Shown in pieces: positions 42,423 through 52,479 of a stretch of 57,026 nucleotides of DNA (its first letter is position 1; every line of letters begins with the position of its first letter). The notes under the pieces are model-generated. The model ran no database searches, had not been told where the DNA came from, and was given only the letters and a program-made list of their open reading frames with translations. The stretch lies in assembly GCA_965203905.1 (NCBI GenBank), contig CBDBDQ010000004.1, forward strand, positions 1 through 57,026, given 5' to 3'. Source of the stretch: Spirochaetia bacterium. GTDB lineage: Bacteria > Spirochaetota > Spirochaetia > SZUA-6 > Bin103. The position numbers and the translations under genes are program-made.

Positions 42423-43123
42423 CGCAGGTGGGTATAGACGGAGAATTTGGCCATTTCGGAGTCGGTCATCCAGTGCATCTCGTCCGCGGGCGCAGCCTGG
42501 AGCGTGAACCAATAGAACTCCTGATCGATGGCGAGGGCGCGGTAGTAGTCGAGGTACATCCGGTGTTCCTCGGCATCACGGTCAATGGTGTCACCGGTCG
42601 CGGCGCCGTCGGCCCAGCTATGGACGCCGATCTTGGCACCGCGCTCGACGATACGCTGGACCCCGGCCAGCAGCAGGTCGGTGCCGCCGGAAGCGACCAG
42701 ACCACCGGCCGGCAGGTAGGTGGTGTAGTTCGCTTGGCGCAGCATGAGACCGAGCTCCAGGTTGGTGGTATCGTCCGCCGAGCCGGGTACAGAGGTCAGC
42801 ACGACTACCCCCACGTCGGGCGCGGACAGCAACGCCTCGTGCACGCGGCGCGCGCTCCGGCGGTTGACGACGCCCTTGATGTACAGCAGGTTACCGCGTA
42901 TCGAAAGCCGTAATCGGTCGCCCTCAGGTTCGACAAAATCGGCAGCAGTCAGGTGCTCGGCTACCGACCGTGCCAGTCGCTCCATGTCGGCGCCAGGGAC
43001 CGGATCACGGTCCGGCAACGTCAACGCCGCAGCGTGGCCGCCGCAATATACCGCGACGCTGCTGAGCAGCAGGCCTGCGGTCGCAGCCACGCGCAGCGTT
43101 CTACAGGCGATGGCTTGCAGCAT
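42419..43123 (-). CDS. Secreted ClpP/crotonase-like (COG3904-type) protein
   Basis: VPGSADD, VASGGTDLLLAG, IGVHSW, MHWMT. Confidence 0.7.
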   Translation of the reverse strand: MLQAIACRTLRVAATAGLLLSSVAVYCGGHAAALTLPDRDPVPGADMERLARSVAEHLTAADFVEPEGDRLRLSIRGNLLYIKGVVNRRSARRVHEALLSAPDVGVVVLTSVPGSADDTTNLELGLMLRQANYTTYLPAGGLVASGGTDLLLAGVQRIVERGAKIGVHSWADGAATGDTIDRDAEEHRMYLDYYRALAIDQEFYWFTLQAAPADEMHWMTDSEMAKFSVYTHLR

Positions 43124-43465
43124 CAGTACACCAGTACGGCCCAAACAACGAGTTATGCACGGGGATCTCCTCAAAGGATCCCGGCGGCATAGGGCGTCGC
43201 CGGGCTTGTGTACCCATGGCAGTGTGGTGGAGCGCGCTACGCGACGCAAGGAGAGGTGGCGCTGTGGACAGTAGGTGGTATTATCGGCAGTCAGCAGCCC
43301 GCTGACCGTGGCGCGCGGCGACCGCAGGTGCGCCGCGACCGCGGGTTGACGAACATCCCCGCGTAGTCCAAGCATTGATTGGATGGGCGATGAAGCATCG
43401 ACGTACCTGGATCGTGATCTGGCGTCCGGAGGCGGACGAATGAAGAGTCCTATAGCCGTGTACAA

Positions 43466-43711
43466 ATGGACCTGACGGTAATCGCAGCGTTGGTGTTGGC
43501 TATCGCCAGTTCCCTTACTGCTGGCGCCACATTGCTTAACAGTCTCGTCAATCGAAATATGATAAAGCTACAGAGAGAAATGAAAGACCTACAGGAAAGG
43601 GACCTCAAGATGCGGGAAGACCAAGCGAGAGTATCGGAGATCATGAGGGTCGCAAATCAGGTAATCTCGGACCGGCTCATGGACAAGGAGCAAGGAGACA
43701 AGAGTGGCTGA
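43466..43711 (+). CDS. Small TM + coiled-coil protein
   Basis: Low-GC ORF, N-terminal TM. Confidence 0.6.
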   Translation: MDLTVIAALVLAIASSLTAGATLLNSLVNRNMIKLQREMKDLQERDLKMREDQARVSEIMRVANQVISDRLMDKEQGDKSG

Positions 43712-43997
43712 ACAGTTTACTACGGTTCGATTGTTGGGCAAGGTCAGCGGTTACGAAATCTCCTTCAGGCTGAGAGATCTGAGAGAGTCGAACGAGGAGA
43801 TCACTGAACAACGGGTAGGACACATCATCAACTCTGTGATCGACGCTAACCGATCAGAGTACAGCGATGTGTTCCCGCATCTCACTTCCACCCAATACAG
43901 AGAGTATCTCAGGGAAGTAATCGCGACGCTTGAGAAGACGGGATTGAGATCATCAATCCAATTCCCACCGCCGCATCGAGTTCCTGCTCCCGTATGA
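43704..43997 (+). CDS. Hypothetical protein
   Basis: Overlaps previous ORF, AGGAG RBS. Confidence 0.55.
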   Translation: MAEQFTTVRLLGKVSGYEISFRLRDLRESNEEITEQRVGHIINSVIDANRSEYSDVFPHLTSTQYREYLREVIATLEKTGLRSSIQFPPPHRVPAPV

Positions 43998-44297
43998 ATA
44001 TCGAGGGGTGTACCGGGCCTCGGGACTCACAGGCGTCAACCTTCCTTGACTGGCGCCGCGGCGTCAAGGCGGAGTTCCCGTGCCGGCGCTCCCGAGGGTG
44101 TCAGAACGCGGTATTATCGGAAGTGGGTGCGGCCGGCTGGGATTCGCTGGAAGTGCGACCGCGTGGGGTGGTCGGGCGGGAGACGCACTACGTGAACAAG
44201 ATTCAGACTGACCGCACTAGGCAAGCCGGGTAGTGGGTCAGTTTATTTGCCCATTTCAGAACTGACCACTACAGGGCCAGGTTGGAGGAGATCAGTT

Positions 44298-44816
44298 TCA
44301 ATAAGGTCCCCATCGGTAGCTCGCTATTGTCTCTATGAGAGCAATCACTTTTTCATCTGAGAGATCTGTAGGTTCGAAACCGTCCGCACGCATAGCCTGA
44401 TACATATTTTTCATAACACCGAAGACTCTTGCTCTATCGGCATCAGTTGATGGACCACCCTGGATTGACAGCTCACTGTGGAACGTCTGAACTGCCTTTA
44501 GTACGTCATCAGAAGCTATCAGCAAAAGGTTTTCAGTAGCCGCATTAAATCGACGGCCGTTAGCACCAGAGATGGCGTACTGTAGAGTCTGCAAATAGCT
44601 GGTGTACGCCTCCCGCTTCAACTTCTGAAGATCGGCTGTACGATCCAGGCCTTTCTCATAGGAATACCCAACTAGACCGAAAACTGCAGCAATCACGACC
44701 ACTATGACAGGAGTCAAGACCTCCAACCTGCGGCGCCGTTCGATCTTCTCGAACCCCTGCCGCATGGCCGTTGCCAACTCGTCTATCGTCTGTGGAGAGG
44801 GATTCTGGTCGCTCAC
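44298..44816 (-). CDS. Hypothetical membrane-anchored protein
   Basis: AGGAGG RBS before GTG; one TM then helical domain; low GC. Confidence 0.65.
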   Translation of the reverse strand: MSDQNPSPQTIDELATAMRQGFEKIERRRRLEVLTPVIVVVIAAVFGLVGYSYEKGLDRTADLQKLKREAYTSYLQTLQYAISGANGRRFNAATENLLLIASDDVLKAVQTFHSELSIQGGPSTDADRARVFGVMKNMYQAMRADGFEPTDLSDEKVIALIETIASYRWGPY

Positions 44817-44910
44817 TCGTCCGCCTCCTTGCGGTCCGGGGGCCGTCACCTGACTGGCGCTCGCCGTCTACTTGTCCTCCCCCCGGCAGGGCATCTGTCC
44901 GGGCAATTAG

Positions 44911-45279
44911 TCAACGACCTCCCCTCGGAAACGGGTATTCCGTACATATCGAAAGCGGAACCCGGTTGATGGCAGTCCTGAGTACTGCTCCCCCTTCGAG
45001 GGTGGGATCTATGTCGATTTCCAGTTGCGACTCCCCGAAAACGAGCGCACCGAGGGCGCACATCTCCATCGCCTCGAGCTGGTCTCGGGCGATAATCCCG
45101 AGAGTGGCGCCAGCGCTCCAGCCGCTTTGTTCTCCGCCTGCCTCAGTCACGAGCGCATCGTGCACGAACCCGACCCGCACCGTGTGCTTGGCGCCTGAGC
45201 ATCCAACCAGGGCCACCGCTACAGCCAGGGCGATTCCTCGCAGCACGTCGGTTCCCCTTACGACAGCCTCGGCACTCAC
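44911..45279 (-). CDS. Small lipoprotein
   Basis: LVGC lipobox. Confidence 0.55.
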   Translation of the reverse strand: MSAEAVVRGTDVLRGIALAVAVALVGCSGAKHTVRVGFVHDALVTEAGGEQSGWSAGATLGIIARDQLEAMEMCALGALVFGESQLEIDIDPTLEGGAVLRTAINRVPLSICTEYPFPRGGR

Positions 45280-45519
45280 CAAGCGTCAACCATCCTACGA
45301 CTGGCGCCGCGGCATCAAGCCGGCGCTTGGTAGACAGTTGCACTCTTCCCGGAAGTGGCAGGTCACTCGGCGGTGGCCTCCGAGGTGCCACCCGTGGGCG
45401 CCGCACTATGGGGTTCGTGTGGCTAACTTAGACTCGGCCAGCAGGGGCGGCGCAGGTCCGCCGTCCTCCCTGGGGTGCCCCAAGTACCACCGGACGCCGT
45501 TCGCTCAGCTCCTGGTCGC

Positions 45520-45915
45520 CTATTCTTTTTGGGGGAGCGTAACATTCACTTCTTCGGTGTCGAGCATGTACCAGTCCCCGGTAGCCAAATCGATGATTAG
45601 GGGTACCAGTCCCGCCACGAAATCCAGTACGATCCAGCCGAACCCCACAAACCGCGATATCCGATAGGTTCTGGTGTCGTGCCCTTCCTTCCTGAACTCC
45701 ACCACATGGTCTTCCCGAACCGTCAGGTTCACCTGTACGGGGGTGGTGCCCACATAGTAGCCATCAACGTACACTTCGGCCCCGGCCGGCTGAGTAAGAA
45801 GATCTACGGATGGTGTCTTGTTGTTGAACATCGTCGCGCAGCCCGTGAGTGTCACGGCAACGACCAAGCCGACAAGGGTTCCTCTGACTGAATGGTGGAT
45901 CATCGACGTCACCAT
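45520..45915 (-). CDS. PEGA-domain lipoprotein
   Basis: LTGC lipobox; TQPAGAEVYVDGYYVGTTP, RKEGH. Confidence 0.85.
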   Translation of the reverse strand: MVTSMIHHSVRGTLVGLVVAVTLTGCATMFNNKTPSVDLLTQPAGAEVYVDGYYVGTTPVQVNLTVREDHVVEFRKEGHDTRTYRISRFVGFGWIVLDFVAGLVPLIIDLATGDWYMLDTEEVNVTLPQKE

Positions 45916-46228
45916 CTTCGACTGGCGCCACGGCGTCAAGCTGGAGTCTTCCGCGCTGGCGGTCCCGAGGGGACAGAACAGGGGATTACCGGCAGCGGCA
46001 GGTCACTCGGGCGGTGGCCTCCGGGGTGCCGCCCTTGGGCGCCGCTGCACGGCGAGCGGGTTGGTGGGACGCTCAGCGCACCCGTGATGGCGACAGAACG
46101 GCCCCAACCGGTGGTGCGGCCCCGAAAACGTGGCTTGCGTACCTCGAAGGCGTGGACCGACTGTCCTTGACCCTGCTGCCTAAGCTTCTGATCATTTGCC
46201 CCCCAGCCGTTTGCAAGGAGCGACATTG

Positions 46229-46480
46229 ATGCGGATCACGAGGGAAGGTGCTCGCAGTCACCGCGATACCAAGTATATGGAATCCTCCGAATGCTCGATC
46301 CGATGGGATCAAAAGGCCCGGCAGATTGAAATACGAGCCCGGATGGTAGAGGACTTTAGACGCTCAGGTGGCCAGGACGATCATCAAAGGAAAGTACGGT
46401 ACGACTTCCTGATAGAGCTGAGTAACAAAGAAGTGGCCGACCTGATAGAGAAAGTCGTGCAAGTTGTTGTAGAGAAATAG
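46229..46480 (+). CDS. Hypothetical protein
   Basis: AAGGAG RBS, clean low-GC ORF. Confidence 0.6.
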   Translation: MRITREGARSHRDTKYMESSECSIRWDQKARQIEIRARMVEDFRRSGGQDDHQRKVRYDFLIELSNKEVADLIEKVVQVVVEK

Positions 46481-46534
46481 ACAGGGGAGCAACAGGGATG
46501 CGCGATTACCGGGGCGGCGTGAGTTGTCACCGCT

Positions 46535-47437
46535 GTGGTTGGGAGAGACTACTGGAGGGACGCAGTGAGCAACCGTAGCGGCCAAGCATCTGCGGTGGTA
46601 GACCTTGCTACACTATCTGACCGAGAGTTGTTCGGAGCCGTTTCAGAAGGAATAGGACACATAATCGAGAATGCGGATAGTTTGAATTGCTCAGCGCTTC
46701 TACTTTCCTCAAAAGGAGAGCATAGGACGTCGTCTATCATAAAGGGCTTTGCCGAAGAAGAAGCAGCAAAGGTGCTTGTACTTATGGATGTTGTAAGGTG
46801 CCCTCGATCTTGCCAGAAACGACGAGTAGTAACCTTGAAGCGCTTTTATGAGCATCTGTCCAAAAGAATATACGCTGAAGCGTGCTGGTGGAGACCTTCC
46901 AACTACATAGATCTGATAAGCTACGTGGATGCGAGCCGGAAGAGTCACGAGATAGACGGCCCAAACAATTACGACTGGATATTAGGAAACCCTATACTAA
47001 GTCATCGTGAAGCAGAGATTTACGTTGATTATGTCCGAGATTTAACCGATGAGAACGGCAGAAGATCTTGGCAGATGCCCTTTCTAAACGGTATAAAGGG
47101 AAGTTATGTCGCTCCTAAATGTCTCGACGTGGTGAGTGCGTTAGAGAGATCAGGTTCTACAACTCCTGGGGGTATAGAGATCGTTGCTGAGACTTGGCGA
47201 GGCTTCAATCCCGAACCAGGCACCACGAGTGCAGAAGTCTACAGGACTACATTGGCTATGCTACGCAGACTTTACCGGTCAGGATTACTGCATGACGACC
47301 ACTGTGATACCGTATACAAGCGCCTTGATCGTTGGCCGTTTCCGATGTGGCATGTCGATATGAAAATGTCGATAGTCGATATCGAACAGCTTCGCCAAGA
47401 GAGAGAGGAGACCATCGCGGAGATCGGATTACACTAG
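46535..47437 (+). CDS. AbiV-family abortive infection (HEPN-like) protein
   Basis: IIENADSL..A.LL, AEEEAAKVLVLMD, FYEHLSK, YVDY; start may be 46565. Confidence 0.75.
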   Translation: MVGRDYWRDAVSNRSGQASAVVDLATLSDRELFGAVSEGIGHIIENADSLNCSALLLSSKGEHRTSSIIKGFAEEEAAKVLVLMDVVRCPRSCQKRRVVTLKRFYEHLSKRIYAEACWWRPSNYIDLISYVDASRKSHEIDGPNNYDWILGNPILSHREAEIYVDYVRDLTDENGRRSWQMPFLNGIKGSYVAPKCLDVVSALERSGSTTPGGIEIVAETWRGFNPEPGTTSAEVYRTTLAMLRRLYRSGLLHDDHCDTVYKRLDRWPFPMWHVDMKMSIVDIEQLRQEREETIAEIGLH

Positions 47438-47972
47438 TATCGAGGACCGAGACCGACCCGATGAGGTGTGTCGGCTGGAACGTCCCCTGAGCAGCGCGGC
47501 CGGGATCATCCCCGTGGGCGAGGTAAGAGGACCTCCTCTATCGGAAGTGGAAAATCACTCGGCGGCGGCCTCCGAGGGTGGGGACGCCACGGGCCGGTCA
47601 GTGCACCCTCGATGCGCGCCACACGCTTCGCCAGGGCGTGGTGGGACACCAGGGGCCGGTCAGCGCACCCGGCCAGCAGCTTTCATGGAGTGGGTTCTTT
47701 CACCTGGTCGAGCGTCTCGATGATCGCCTGCAGGTTCTTGCGTAGCCGCGCGGTCGCCTCGGCCAGGATCGCCGCGGTGTCAGGCTTCGGGACCGCGCCC
47801 GCCTGCGCGGCACGGAAGTCCGGCGCCTCCTGGACGATGGACAGGTAGGGCTGCTCGCCGTGAGCATCCCCGTGGCGGTACAGTTCGAAGATCGCTCGAC
47901 CCCCTCCCTTCTCAATGTCGTCCACCGACACGCCCACCAGGCGAATCCCGAGTGTCTGGTGTTCTTCATTCT

Positions 47973-48908
47973 CTAGATATTCATTATCGTGAGCACCGTT
48001 GCCAGGCACACTTTGCGGGCGAATTCCATGTTCAGTGTCTCGGCGGTGTCGCTTGGCTTGTGGTAGTGCGGTGTCCGCATCTCGGCCGTATCGGTAAGCA
48101 TGATCGCTGGTAAACCACGTTCCCAGAACGAATAGTGATCCGACCGGAGCAGATCGTGGAAGTGGTCCTTCATCTGTTGCAGCGGGACATTGACGAAGAC
48201 GGCAGGAAGGTCTACCGGTCCGCGGCACTGATCGAAACATACCCGACCCAGATCATTCGAATGCTCGCAACAACTCACTATGGCGACGAAATCACCACGG
48301 TTCCGATCAAAGCGGTAGTGGGGGAAACAATCCGGCTCGATACCCTTTGGATAGTTCTGAGAATCGCCCACGTATCCTACCGACTCCAGGTTGATAACGC
48401 CGCCAATGTCGATACAACGGCATTTCAGGCCGTCCACCCACTCACGACTGCCGATGAGCCGCGAATCATTGTCGCCCTGGACCGGGCTGCCCTCTTCCAA
48501 GGTGAAACCGATGAACCGAATCGGTCCGGCGGCGCGATGTTTGATCAGCAACCGGGCCGCTTCGAGCATCGCCGCCACCCCGCTCGCATTGTCGCCGGCG
48601 CCCGGACTCTTCCACACGGTGTCGTAGTGCGCGCAAATCACCAGTTCCGGCCGGTCCGTTCCCGCGTTGATCAAGCCCTCGACGTTGCGAAACACGCCAC
48701 AAAAGCCATCTAACTTAAAGAAGTGTTCGCTGACAGCCGCACCCATCTCGTACAGCCGCTGTCCAATGTAATTCGCCGCGACGTCGAGCCCCTTCGGACC
48801 GGTGTCCGGATGACGAATTCCGGTGAGGGCCTCTACGTGCCCCCGAATACGTGCAACGTCTGGACCATCGCTCGTTTTACCAGGCTGCGACCGTTCAGGT
48901 AGATTCAT
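47973..48908 (-). CDS. M28-family metallopeptidase
   Basis: AHYD, GAGDNASGVA, FTLEE, INLESVG, SDH, HYH..SD. Confidence 0.92.
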   Translation of the reverse strand: MNLPERSQPGKTSDGPDVARIRGHVEALTGIRHPDTGPKGLDVAANYIGQRLYEMGAAVSEHFFKLDGFCGVFRNVEGLINAGTDRPELVICAHYDTVWKSPGAGDNASGVAAMLEAARLLIKHRAAGPIRFIGFTLEEGSPVQGDNDSRLIGSREWVDGLKCRCIDIGGVINLESVGYVGDSQNYPKGIEPDCFPHYRFDRNRGDFVAIVSCCEHSNDLGRVCFDQCRGPVDLPAVFVNVPLQQMKDHFHDLLRSDHYSFWERGLPAIMLTDTAEMRTPHYHKPSDTAETLNMEFARKVCLATVLTIMNI

Positions 48909-48942
48909 CAGTCGAAGTTTAAGACCGGGAGATCCAGTCTCG

Positions 48943-49164
48943 TCATCGGCGCAACGCCTCGGCTGGGCGCCAGGGGCCGGTCAACGCGCCCAGTGCGCCC
49001 TCGATGCGGGCAACGCGCTCCGCCAGGGCGTGCAGGGCGCGTCGCAGCTCGCCCAACTCGGCGACTACACGGCCATGCAAGGTCAGGATCAGCGGCACGA
49101 GCACGGCCAACAGGGCCACGCCGACGCCCGCTATGGCGATTGCCTCGGCACTCACAGGCGTCAC
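48943..49164 (-). CDS. Small TM + coiled-coil protein (decayed copy at about 47590-47680)
   Basis: AIAGVGVALLAVLV..LAERVARIEG; similar architecture to 969-1229. Confidence 0.55.
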   Translation of the reverse strand: MTPVSAEAIAIAGVGVALLAVLVPLILTLHGRVVAELGELRRALHALAERVARIEGALGALTGPWRPAEALRR

Positions 49165-49635
49165 CATCCTCGACATGGTGCCGCGGCGTCAAGCTCGCGG
49201 CGATCCCCCCCGGCGGGGCGACAGAACCAACGATTATCGGCAGTCCTCTCAAAGGCTGAGACCCCGGCAGCCCCAGCCGACCCCGACTCGCTCAGCGCCC
49301 GTTCATCAGCTCGAGCATGACCCGGACGTCCGGAGCCTGCACCGCCGCCACCGACTCGACTGCGAGAAAGACCACCGTCGGCGGCCGCGAGGCCGGCCAG
49401 CCGGCGCAGCCTGCCGCGATCAGGATCGCCAGCAGCGCCAGCATGACGGCCCGCCTCGCGAGCTCCCCAAGCGAAGGGAGGCCGGCGGGTCGCAAGTACC
49501 CCTCTTCCCGAGCTGAATGGCTTGGCGGCGCTGCGACGACCTCTCGGTGGTGCATGCCTTCGTCATCGACAGGCCGCGGGCCTGGGTTTACCGGGCCCCC
49601 CCGGCCCTTGCTCATGGTAGGGTATAGGCGGTGCC

Positions 49636-49720
49636 ATGGCTGTGCAGGCGGATCCGGCAACGCGCGACCGTGCCGTAGCGGGTACGCCGTTACCGCTGGA
49701 GAACGGTGACCGGCTCACCC
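49636..49720 (+). pseudogene. Uma2-family N-terminal remnant
   Basis: PLENGDRLT motif then loss of similarity. Confidence 0.45.
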
Positions 49721-49862
49721 CGCGGAGGCCGCGGTGTCATGACGACCGACCCCTGGCGCCCGCCGGCGAACGGCACGCCGACAACCGGCCTCCAGCCCGC
49801 AAATCTGAGGAGGTGTGAATGACGCTCAAAGAGAAGATCGAGGCGGTCGGGACGCCGTTCTG

Positions 49863-50777
49863 ATGCCTGTTCCTGACTTCCAGGCACTCTTACTTCCGGC
49901 TCTCAAGGCGCTATCCGACACTGCGGAGACTCCAGTTTCGACGGTGCGGGAACGTGTCGCCGCTACCTTGGGACTCAAATCCGAAGATCTTCGAGAATTG
50001 CTTCCGAGCGGCAAACAGCCGGTATTCACAAATCGCGTGAGTTGGACCGTGATTTCCCTGGAGCGAGCCGGTCTTTTGGAACGTATCCACCGTGGCGTCT
50101 ATCGGTTGACAGTCGAAGGGCAACGCTTGTTGTCCAGGAATCCTTCGCGGATCGACCGCGACTTGCTTCGGACGTACTCGAGTTACACCGAATGGGAACG
50201 ACGAACGAGGCCCAATCCCCCTGACAAATGCGAAAAGGATAAGCTCACTGAAACGCCGGAGGAAACGTTGGCCCGCGTCACCGAACAGTTAGACAGAGTG
50301 CTTGAAGCCAACTTGTTACAGAGAGTTCTCGATTCGGCGCCAACGTTTCTCGAACGAGTGGTCCGTGACTTACTGGTCAAGATGGGTTACGGCGGTGGCG
50401 ATCCCGCGATGGGACGCGTGACGGGCAGTTCCGGCGATGGTGGGATCGACGCCACGATTCGGGAAGACGCACTTGGTCTAGACGAAGTGTATGTTCAGGC
50501 GAAGAGATACGCCGATGGCAACACGGTAAGCGAAGGTGCGTTGCGTAACTTCGCGGGAGCAATCGACGCTGCCGGTACGAACAAGGGAGTATTTGTCACC
50601 ACGGCCAGCTTCTCTCGTTCCGCAAGGGAGTACGTGGCGCGGAGTCCGAAACGCATCGTTTTGATTGACGGCCAAGAACTGTCGCGCCTTATGCGGCTGC
50701 ACGGAATCGGTGTGCGCGTGACGGACCGTCACGAAGTCAAGCGGATCGACGAAGACTACTTCGAGAGCTCATGGTAA
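49863..50777 (+). CDS. mrr: Mrr restriction endonuclease (Mrr_N + Mrr_cat)
   Basis: MPVPDFQ, NRVSW, GDGGID, VYVQAKRY, KGVFVTT, LIDG. Confidence 0.93.
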   Translation: MPVPDFQALLLPALKALSDTAETPVSTVRERVAATLGLKSEDLRELLPSGKQPVFTNRVSWTVISLERAGLLERIHRGVYRLTVEGQRLLSRNPSRIDRDLLRTYSSYTEWERRTRPNPPDKCEKDKLTETPEETLARVTEQLDRVLEANLLQRVLDSAPTFLERVVRDLLVKMGYGGGDPAMGRVTGSSGDGGIDATIREDALGLDEVYVQAKRYADGNTVSEGALRNFAGAIDAAGTNKGVFVTTASFSRSAREYVARSPKRIVLIDGQELSRLMRLHGIGVRVTDRHEVKRIDEDYFESSW

Positions 50778-51754
50778 GAAAACGGTACACCGAGAACGAA
50801 ATAATCCTCTGCACCTACATCGCTCGATTTGGACGCAGCTTCATCAACGAAGAAACGATCAGTTCCCTATTTGATCGACCTGCACGTTCAGTGAGAATGA
50901 AGGTTCAGAACATCGCACGCATGCTGAGCGAGGAAGGCTATCGCTACAGCCAAGAGGTGTCCCCCTGGGGAGGAGGACACCGTACGGACTGGCATACCGT
51001 CCAACCATATGCCGATCTGGAAGAGCCTGATTTCACAGCGCGGGTCAAGGAGATGCTCGCCCGCGGCCGGCACCAATCCGGGGCTTCTCGGGAGCGGAGT
51101 CACCAGCCGAGAACGGATCAGCGCGACTTCGAGCCCATCCAAGCCGAGCTCGCAGCCATCAAGGAGGACGTGGCGGCTGTCAAGGTTGCCATAGATAGCC
51201 TCGGCGCTGACATCGAGTCCCTCCTGAACGGCCCTTGGGACAAGATCAGCGAGGAAACTCGGACTCTGTTCCGCGAGCTCGAGAACTCGGTGAAATCGCT
51301 GGGCAGTGTGCAAACAGAGGAGATCACGACGGTGAGCGCGAGGCACGTTTCCAAGAGCGAGATCCATTTCAAGTGCACGGCCGCCGGCGCCACGCCGTCG
51401 GTAGTTGCCTCCGTCCATTTGCTCGTCTGGGGCGGCCTCGACGTACACATCCACGAAAAGCACCTGAGTGCCATCCCTCTCGAAGCTGGCTTCACTCGCC
51501 GTATCGATAGAGGGTACCGAAAGATCATGATCCGCGACCGGAAACACATCCGAAGGGCGGCGCCGATGTTGCGTGCAGCCTACGCCGATCTCACAAGCTC
51601 GGACATGCCAGGGCGAAAGGCGGCCCTCAAACCGGTAACCCGCCGGCGAGCTGGCGACTCACCGCCAGCTCGCCGTCTTCCTCCCAATCAGCGAGGAAGA
51701 CGACGGATGGGAGACCGCGACTATCTGCAGCTTGGTGAGAATCACGAACCGTAG
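50771..51754 (+). CDS. Hypothetical protein coupled to mrr (possible DUF5655-like C-terminus)
   Basis: Overlapping start; N-terminal RSVRMKVQNI HTH-like region, coiled coil, C-terminal alpha/beta domain ending LRAAY. Confidence 0.6.
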   Translation: MVRKRYTENEIILCTYIARFGRSFINEETISSLFDRPARSVRMKVQNIARMLSEEGYRYSQEVSPWGGGHRTDWHTVQPYADLEEPDFTARVKEMLARGRHQSGASRERSHQPRTDQRDFEPIQAELAAIKEDVAAVKVAIDSLGADIESLLNGPWDKISEETRTLFRELENSVKSLGSVQTEEITTVSARHVSKSEIHFKCTAAGATPSVVASVHLLVWGGLDVHIHEKHLSAIPLEAGFTRRIDRGYRKIMIRDRKHIRRAAPMLRAAYADLTSSDMPGRKAALKPVTRRRAGDSPPARRLPPNQRGRRRMGDRDYLQLGENHEP

Positions 51755-51858
51755 ACGACTGTCGACGGAAACAGGTTTATCGGAAGTGGCAGGTCACTCG
51801 GCGGTGGCCGCGCGGTGTCCTTTGGGCCGCCGCCCTCGTGCTGCTGTATAGTGGCACC

Positions 51859-52479
51859 ATGATTCGCCTTGTGTGTGTACTGTTGTTTGTGGTGGCGTCC
51901 GTGACCGCCGCGGCGCTGCCGGAGTGCTTGCCGGAGTGCGTCGCGCAAAACCTGAATAATGCCGACTTGAGCGGCGCCGACCTGAGCTATACAGACCTAT
52001 CCCGCGCGGGCTTGATGCGCGCCGACCTGAGCTATGCGGACCTATCCTTCGCGGACCTGCACGGCGTGACCGGTATGCTGATGAACCTACAGGGTGCAAC
52101 GCTCATGTTCACGGACTTCATCGGGGCCGCAATCCCGTGGGCGGACCTGCGAAACGTCCGCGGTGGTAACGTACACTTATCGCGCGCGGACCTGAGCGAT
52201 GCCGACCTGAGCGGCGCTGACTTGCATTTCTCCGGGATGGGCGGCGCGGATCTATCCCGCGCGAACCTGACGGACGCGGACTTGAGCAACGCTTTCTTGG
52301 GCGGCGCAAACCTGACCGAAGCGAACCTGACCAGCGCGAACTTGGCGGAGGCTGAGCTGTTCGGCGCTACTTTGTTCCGCGCGAACCTGACGGACGCGGA
52401 CCTGACCGGAGCGAAACTGGAAGCGATACGCGGCTGCGACACGAAAACGCGGCCGCGCCCACGTTTGCCCGGCTGCTGA
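51859..52479 (+). CDS. Secreted pentapeptide-repeat protein
   Basis: Signal peptide; A(D/N)Lxx repeats. Confidence 0.92.
   Translation: MIRLVCVLLFVVASVTAAALPECLPECVAQNLNNADLSGADLSYTDLSRAGLMRADLSYADLSFADLHGVTGMLMNLQGATLMFTDFIGAAIPWADLRNVRGGNVHLSRADLSDADLSGADLHFSGMGGADLSRANLTDADLSNAFLGGANLTEANLTSANLAEAELFGATLFRANLTDADLTGAKLEAIRGCDTKTRPRPRLPGC

Noticed and set aside
44147-44165. TGGAAGTGCGACCG shared with 39448-39461
   Set aside because: Single 14-bp match; at most a decayed gene remnant
46487-46516. Additional dif-like site TTACCGGGGCG before abiV
   Set aside because: Too degenerate in both arms to count
48448-48458. Inverted XerC-like arms (ACTGCCGATGA here; GCTGCCGATAC at 41780)
   Set aside because: No partner arm at 6-7 bp; the first lies inside the M28 coding sequence
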